The notes beneath the pieces were generated by a model. The model had not been told where the DNA came from and did not search any database. It was given only the letters and a program-made list of their open reading frames with translations. A stretch of 64,000 nucleotides of DNA from Antedon mediterranea (lineage: Eukaryota > Animalia > Echinodermata), in assembly GCF_964355755.1 (NCBI RefSeq), contig NC_092673.1:19837648-19901647 (forward strand), written 5' to 3'. A program made the position numbers and the translations under genes. Below are positions 59,771 through 64,000 of the stretch, piece by piece. Positions within the stretch are counted from its first letter, which is position 1; each line of letters opens with the position of its first letter.

Positions 59771-60322
59771 TCCCAATCATGAAACCATTAATCATCTCTA
59801 CAAACTATTTATTTAATATACACTACTTACAATATTCTAGAGATACTAAAGTAGAAACAATTGTGTATCTCTTCCAACAGCTACAAGACAAAAATATATT
59901 ATTATTATAAATATCAATACAAATTGTGATCAAAACATCCACAATATTTGTAACAATGACAGGTGCGAAAGGGAACTGCGCTGACCTACGTCACTACTAC
60001 TAGGACTACTGGAGTAAGCCTAGACAACATGCTATTGTAAGAAGAACGAGTCATTGTTTCTTCTCTTTAAGAATTTATACAACTAAAAATTAAGCTAGAG
60101 TTAATATAATATAAGCCAGGTGCAAAAGGGAACTAGCGCCGTTTAGTCCTACTAAAAACAGCAAGTATTCTTGTACAGGCTAGGCCTAGGTACACTATGA
60201 ATGTAGCAGACATATTTGTTCGTATTTACCGGGACCGTATTTAACATACACATGGCCATACACGATTGTCGTGCTGCTACGAAAGCCATCGGGCTGAAAA
60301 ACGTCACGACGTTTGCCGGCCA

Positions 60323-61374
60323 GCGATTTTTTTTTTCGTACATAAGTTGGGGACCCCATCATGAAACGTCACAAAATAAACATGAATAATTCATCAGTTA
60401 AATTTTCTTGTACCGTGTGCACCCAAGCGTATAGCAACAAGAAGTGATTACACAAGTGCGGTACGATTCTAGGCCTATCTCCGCTGTTGAAGAATAGCGG
60501 CGTTTTGTGTGGATTGTCGAAATAATCGGCCTTTAGTTTATGGTGTTTTTAATATAATTTATTACTAAAGAATTACGTGTTAAAATTATAGTTTCTATTA
60601 ATACTATTAGGCCTAATTATTAGTCTCTAAACCCATGTCTATTCTAGTAGTAGCTGTGTGGATGTGTGTGACGTGTGTGTGTGTTAGGTATGACCAAAGA
60701 TAGTTACACTATCTTTGGTATGACACAATCCGAGTAATAAGTCAGCAAAATTAAACAATAAACATTACACAAAAATACATTTTTTATTCTCGTGGGTCAA
60801 ATCTTCCCATCTCATGTGTTCATATACGCGCATTTTTAAAGTTCCTTTGAGTACATTGCATATTGTTTGATAATTGATAGCAGAATTAAAAAAATACAGT
60901 ACACAAATTATACACATTCTTTATTCTTGTGGGTCTGAGCTTTCTTTGGGCTATGTCCAAGAACGCTTGGGTGCACACGGAACAACAACTGCGATACGAT
61001 TCTTTCTACAATAATAGGCCTAGGATTCTAGGTCAATTCATGATATTGCCTTCGCGCACTCTTCTTCACACACACGTCCACTATGCAAAATGTGTCGAGG
61101 CTAATCGACAGCTAGGCAAGACATTAAACTAAGTAGTAATTGGACATAGCCCAAAGACACAAGTCACACACACCCACTACTAGAATATAATACTCTATTA
61201 TGAAATCAGCGGAGATAGGCCTAGAATCGTACCGCACTTGTGTAATCACTTCTTGTTGCTATACGCTTGGCCGGGTGCACACGGAACAAGAAAATGTAAC
61301 TGATGAATTATTCATGTTTATTTTGTGACGTTTCATGATGGGGTCCCCAACTTATGTACGAAAAAAAAAATCGC
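60323..61374. mobile_element. MULE-like MITE nested in the Helentron
   Basis: ~165-bp TIRs starting GCGATTTTTTTTTTCGTAC; exact 9-bp TSD TGCCGGCCA (60314-60322, 61375-61383); same termini as 3461-6379. Confidence 0.88.
60695..60717. repeat. 23-bp micro-palindrome, probable P-superfamily excision footprint
   Basis: CAAAGATAGTTACACTATCTTTG flanked by the exact 7-bp direct repeat GTATGAC. Confidence 0.6.
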
Positions 61375-61845
61375 TGCCGGCCATCTCTGAAAATCTGACA
61401 TCCTTCCGTATATCTATAGTAGGCTAGGGTATCGTTAGTAAGTAGCAATTACAAAACAACTACAAATCAAACAATCCACATAATTTCTTACCTATTTCTT
61501 ATAGTATATCAATTCTCAACAAACTTGAGTTTGTTATTTATTTATTTAATCGTTGAAGTTCGACGATATAAAATGGTATTTGTAACAATATTATCAGAGA
61601 GCGACTCTTAAAAACCAACATGGAGTTTACCAACGACATACCACAACACAACACGTTGTCGAATTTTCTCGAAATTCGGTTCACCTACAGTATGGCATGC
61701 AATCCTCGCCAAAATTACCAATATTTAACGAATAACGAAAATTAGTTTTCACGTCAGACCTATTATATGTATTCTACGTGTATATTAGACGTTGCGTTTT
61801 CGCGGATAACCTAACTCGTCCGCAGTGACGAGTTCAAATCTAGTT

Positions 61846-62992
61846 TTTCTTTTTTCTTCTTTCTTTCCCAGAATTTTGTTGCGCGTGTATCTCAAAATCT
61901 TCTTAACATAACATTGTATAACTTTATCAGAAGATTGACCTCTATCTGAAGATGTCGTAATAAGGTTTTCGGTCCAGTCCGAGTTGCGCAGCGTAAGTTA
62001 CGCGCGATTTTATGAATTTCAATGATTGATCATATATTGAAAACCAAAAGTCATTTTTTATTGAAACTTGGTGAAAGTTTAAGTCTTATCAAGCGCAAAC
62101 TTTCTATGGATTAAAAATGGCATGTTTTACATAAAGTTACGCGCGCACGCGCGTTCAAAATTTCAAAATGCGCAAAATTCATTTCTAATCAACTTTCTAC
62201 GCGTTTTATGTCATTTTGAGCATTCCAAAAATTCCCACGCGTGCGCAATTTTTTTACGCGCGCGTGCGCACTTAGCGCAAAAACATCTTTTTTTTGCTTG
62301 ATTTTTGTTTTTTTCAGCCTTTTCTAGTAAATTTACCAATTTTCAATCAATTTCGACTTAAAATCACGTCATACGAGCACGTAGAATTGAAAAATTTGCG
62401 CGCGTTTTTGATGAAAAAGTTCAAAAATTCGTCAAAATTATGCCTTTTTTAAAACAGTCATAGATTCTAAACTCCGTGGTGAACTTTTTTAAAATTTCAG
62501 ATTCTGGAAGTAGATGAGTTGTAGATAACAAATCATGTATCGATATGGCTAACCGGACATTGTGACGTCATCGTATGGCCACTCAAATATAAAATATAGG
62601 ATTTTTGTCTCTTTCGCATAGCTCATCACATTTAATAGAGCGCATCTCCACTTATCCGTATTCCATTTCCCACCATTTTGTTATATTCTCTAGGCCAATC
62701 AATTATCTTTCGCATAATCTACCATTTTTTAAATTGTGATGACGTCATCATGTCCAAAAGCGTCAATAACTTTGGTCCCTTATTTTCACCTATTCTGCAC
62801 TGTATGTAATACGTATACAGAATATAGTGTATACCGTATATACTTTGACGTGACGCAAAATTGAGAGCGCACTAACATTATTTCAATGGCGTAATCGTAT
62901 TTCTGCGCGCAATATTCTAACGTATGACGTGCGCGTGGCGTTTGCGCTGCGGATAACCTAACTCGTCCGTAGTGACGAGTTCAAATCTAGTT
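61846..62992 (+). mobile_element. Non-autonomous Helentron body lacking its left hairpin, with an intact right end
   Basis: Starts in the T/CT tract (TTCTTTCCCAGAATTTTG); homologous to 38930-40050; ends GCGGATAACC-AACTCGTC/GACGAGTT-CTAG (62987-62990). Confidence 0.85.
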
Positions 62993-64000
62993 GGTTATCC
63001 GCACTTGGCGGATAACCCCTTGTTATTGTCACGATCTTTTTGGTTATCCGCACTTGGCGGATAACCCCTTGTTATTGTCACGATCTTTTTTTTTTTTTTT
63101 TTTTTTCTATCTTATTCTTCTTTCTTTCCCAGAATTTTGTTGCGCGCATATCTCTAAATATTCTCAACATGACATTTTGTAACTTTATCAGAAGATTGAT
63201 CTCTATCTGAATATGTCGTAATAAGGTTTTCGGTACCGTCCGAGTTGCGCAGCGTAAGTTACGCGCGATTTTATGAATTTCGCGTATTTAATTTAGATCG
63301 AAAACTATTAAACCATTTAAATTGAAACTTGGCAAAAGTTTAATTTATATCATGCGCTAACTTTCTATGGAGAGAAAATGGCAAGTTTTACAAAAAGTTA
63401 CGCGCGCACGCGCGTTTAAAATTTCAAAAAGCGAAAAATCAATTTCTAATCAACTTTCTATGCGTTTCATGTCATTTTGAGCATATCAAAAATTCCCACG
63501 CGTGCGCACTTTTCTTACGCGCGCGTGCGCACGTAGCGCAAAAACATCAATTTTTTCCTTGATTTTTGTTTTTCCAGCCTTTTCTAGTAAATTTACCAAT
63601 TTTCAATCAATTTCGACTTAAAATCACGTCATACGAACACGTAGAATTGAACAATTTGCGCGCGTTTTTGATGAAAAAGTTCAAAAATTTGTGAAAATTA
63701 TGCCTTTTTTTAAAAAGTCATAGATTCTAAACTATGAGGTGAACTTTTTTTAAATTACACATTCTGGAATTAGATGAGTTGTAGATATCGAATCATGCAT
63801 CAATATAGCTAACCGGACATTGTGACGTCATCGTATGACCACTCAAATAAAAAATATAGGATTTTTTTCTCTTTCGTCATAGCTCATCACATTTAATAGA
63901 GCGCATCTCCACTTATCCGTATTCCATTGCCCTCCATTTCTTTATATTGTCTAGGTCAATCAATTATCTTGCGCATGATTCTCCATTTTAAAAATTGTTA
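62991..64000 (+). mobile_element. Further non-autonomous Helentron(s): two left hairpins plus a body, running off the window
   Basis: GGTTATCCGCACTTGGCGGATAACC at 62993 and 63042, followed by the same body. Confidence 0.85.

Larger units (their letters stand above)
38863..61845. mobile_element. Putatively autonomous Helentron (Helitron2), ~23 kb
   Basis: Left sub-TIR hairpin TTGGTTATCCGCACTTGGCGGATAACC; right end GCGGATAACC + stem-loop AACTCGTC/GACGAGTT + CTAGTT (61802-61845); encloses the Rep-helicase-endonuclease ORF; which of the stacked hairpins is the true left end is inferred. Confidence 0.8.

Noticed and set aside
60321-61376. Transib-like element (CA..TG ends, 5-bp TSD CCGGC)
   Set aside because: Shifting the ends by 2 bp gives an exact 9-bp TSD and termini matching the element at 3461-6379, which fits a MULE-like element better

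Overview
AT-rich eukaryotic (metazoan, probably marine invertebrate) genomic DNA; nothing here looks prokaryotic. The host content is two tandem, intron-containing, minus-strand paralogues of a secreted protein. Copy A (11290-18898) is signal peptide-PAN/Apple-EGF-EPTP/EAR repeats with MAM domains inserted among the EAR repeats. Copy B (30877-~37975) is EAR repeats only as far as it can be traced. Both are pseudogenised, each with a transposon inside an exon. The rest is mobile DNA: two BEL/Pao LTR retrotransposons, a full-length CR1-group LINE, nested MULE/Harbinger elements, Kolobok-like and Academ-like non-autonomous elements, satellites, and a large Helentron (Helitron2) complex. The ~23 kb Helentron has an intact 3096-aa ORF: N-terminal hydrophobic anchor, PHD finger, herpes-tegument-type cysteine protease, OTU protease, basic repeats, HUH-Rep, PIF1 helicase and AP-endonuclease. 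Upstream of the ORF lie 17 tandem repeats that each hold a 32-nt micro-exon, plus a three-hairpin RNA-like element. The family appears to insert into its own left end, leaving a stack of nine terminal hairpins. All calls are by eye from motifs, terminal repeats and target-site duplications; no database searches were run, and some boundaries are approximate.
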